A stretch of DNA of 63,464 nt, counting the filler, from Reticulomyxa filosa (Eukaryota > Protista > Foraminifera): NCBI GenBank assembly GCA_000512085.1. It is 18 parts of 18 records of this genome, joined end to end, with 100 filler letters (N's around TTAATTAATTAA, not from the genome) between each part and the next. Parts side by side here need not be neighbours in the genome. Positions count along the whole stretch, not along the records: positions 54,292 to 63,464 come from ASPP01005173.1; 17 more parts are not named here. One strand, 5' to 3'. Made by a program: the position numbers and the translations under genes. The notes under the pieces were generated by a model that saw nothing but the letters and a program-made list of their open reading frames with translations, ran no database searches and was not told the DNA's origin. How positions within the stretch are numbered: the stretch's first letter is position 1; the number at the start of each line of letters is the position of its first letter. Shown piece after piece: positions 62,230 to 63,464 of this stretch.

Positions 62230-62586
62230 CATTTACGTTAAAAACGTTGTGAAAATGAATCTTTATGAGCGGGAAAAATAACGCAGACGAGAAAACAGCC
62301 TCGTTTTGCAAAAAGTTCAGTTGTTGCAGCAGAAAAAGAAAAACAAATTGACGGATCACGTTTTGCTTGAGAAAAAAATGTAAGTCAATTGATTCAGACA
62401 AAGAACATTCCAAGTTTGAAATTTTTTCTTTTTCTCTTTGTCATTAGTCAAAACGAAATAGGGGTAAAATACAATTTGTACAACTTTAATAAAAATCGGA
62501 AATAGGGCAGGTAGCCAATGAACAAAGTAAAAAAAAGAAAAAAAGAAAAAAAAAATCTAAATACAACCATATAATTTGGTACAAAA

Positions 62587-63420
62587 CTACTCCTCAAATT
62601 TGCTTTGTGCAATATTGTTATCTTTTTTTAAGACATCAATGGTGGCCAACTCACCTGGTAAATTGTTTCCAAATTGTTCTAAAAATGCATTTCTGAGCAA
62701 CTCCTGGAAGTTGGCAAATTCATTGGACTTTAATATTGCGTCATCAAACTCATTGTGCAAATAGCGAATAGAGACTGGTCTTGGATCTTTCAGTCGAAAA
62801 GTTCGTGACTTTAAAATGATTGGGAAACCTTTTTTTGGAGCCACAAAAATGCCCATGCATGATTCCTGCCACGTTTTATTTTTCTTTTGTTCGAATAGTA
62901 CTCACTAGGGACATGTACCGTTTTGCCTTTTAAATATATCCGTCACCCCATTCGCACAAACGAACAAACAATTACAATAAATAATAATAATAAAAAAGAT
63001 TATTTTTGTCTACAAAACGTACCTTGTTTTTCTTGTTGTTCTCTCCATTCTTCATCTTCATCGAAGGCATAGACAATATTTTCTTCCCTTTCTTTGACCA
63101 TTTGTTCATAGCTCCGCTCAGATAAGCGTCCGAAACAGCACAACACGTCGAGCAGATTGCGAGCCCAATCTTTCCACTCCATATGCGTGCCTCTGCCACT
63201 TCTGGAATTGACAAACACTAAAATACTTCCCAATAAGATCAGCAGCATTTGGAACACAAGCATTGCCCAAATTGTGCTGATCAAAAACGATATGCCACAT
63301 TTATACGTCGGTTTGAATTTCGTGCCAAAGGCAAAGTTATGAGCAATTTCGTATTGCGAAGTGACATCACCATAACGGATTTTATCTACAACGAACTGAT
63401 TATATTCTTTGATTATTTCA
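62587..63420 (-). CDS. 3' part of an unknown single-pass membrane protein, multi-exon
   Basis: TM-like segment LISTIWAMLVFQMLLILLGSILVFV, acidic exon ending at a GT donor, terminal exon 62587 to ~62890. Confidence 0.5.
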
Positions 63421-63464
63421 AAAAAAAAAAAATTTAAAATTTTGTCTCCCGGTCTCCACTCCTC

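Overview
This window is not one locus. It holds 18 unrelated contigs joined by artificial 100-nt spacers (N44-TTAATTAATTAA-N44), so nothing can be inferred across the gaps. Seventeen contigs are very AT-rich, intron-rich eukaryotic nuclear DNA. The expanded WD40 and TPR families with signature tails (e.g. RFWDIRSNK...LNLCYGS.NG.IRIWG) and the many pseudogenes point to a foraminiferan such as Reticulomyxa filosa (inference). Recognisable genes: clathrin heavy chain, Rab8/Sec4-like GTPase, a bacterial-type sirtuin with spliceosomal introns, Nup85-like, a BAR-domain protein, a calmodulin-like protein, an RRM-RRM-CCCH RNA-binding protein, an amino-acid transporter, DUF3605, a C2H2 zinc-finger protein and a cold-shock-domain protein. 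Pseudogenes include COX15, copine, VWA, WD40 and TPR. One GC-rich contig (4521-5591) is bacterial: a divergent floR-type phenicol exporter with its translational-attenuator hairpin. Best candidate for an undescribed system: a three-paralogue cluster (45143-50904). One member carries a long coiled-coil stalk tipped by a W/Y-rich beta-hairpin, while its convergent paralogue lacks the stalk and has tandem PB1/ubiquitin-like modules, reminiscent of two-component alpha-helical pore-formers. Also found: a solo-LTR-like element with a 4-bp target-site duplication, a dispersed repeat with a conserved palindrome, a repeat with an internal inversion, micro-exons, and A-rich splice acceptors. All domain calls are by motif recognition; no searches were run.
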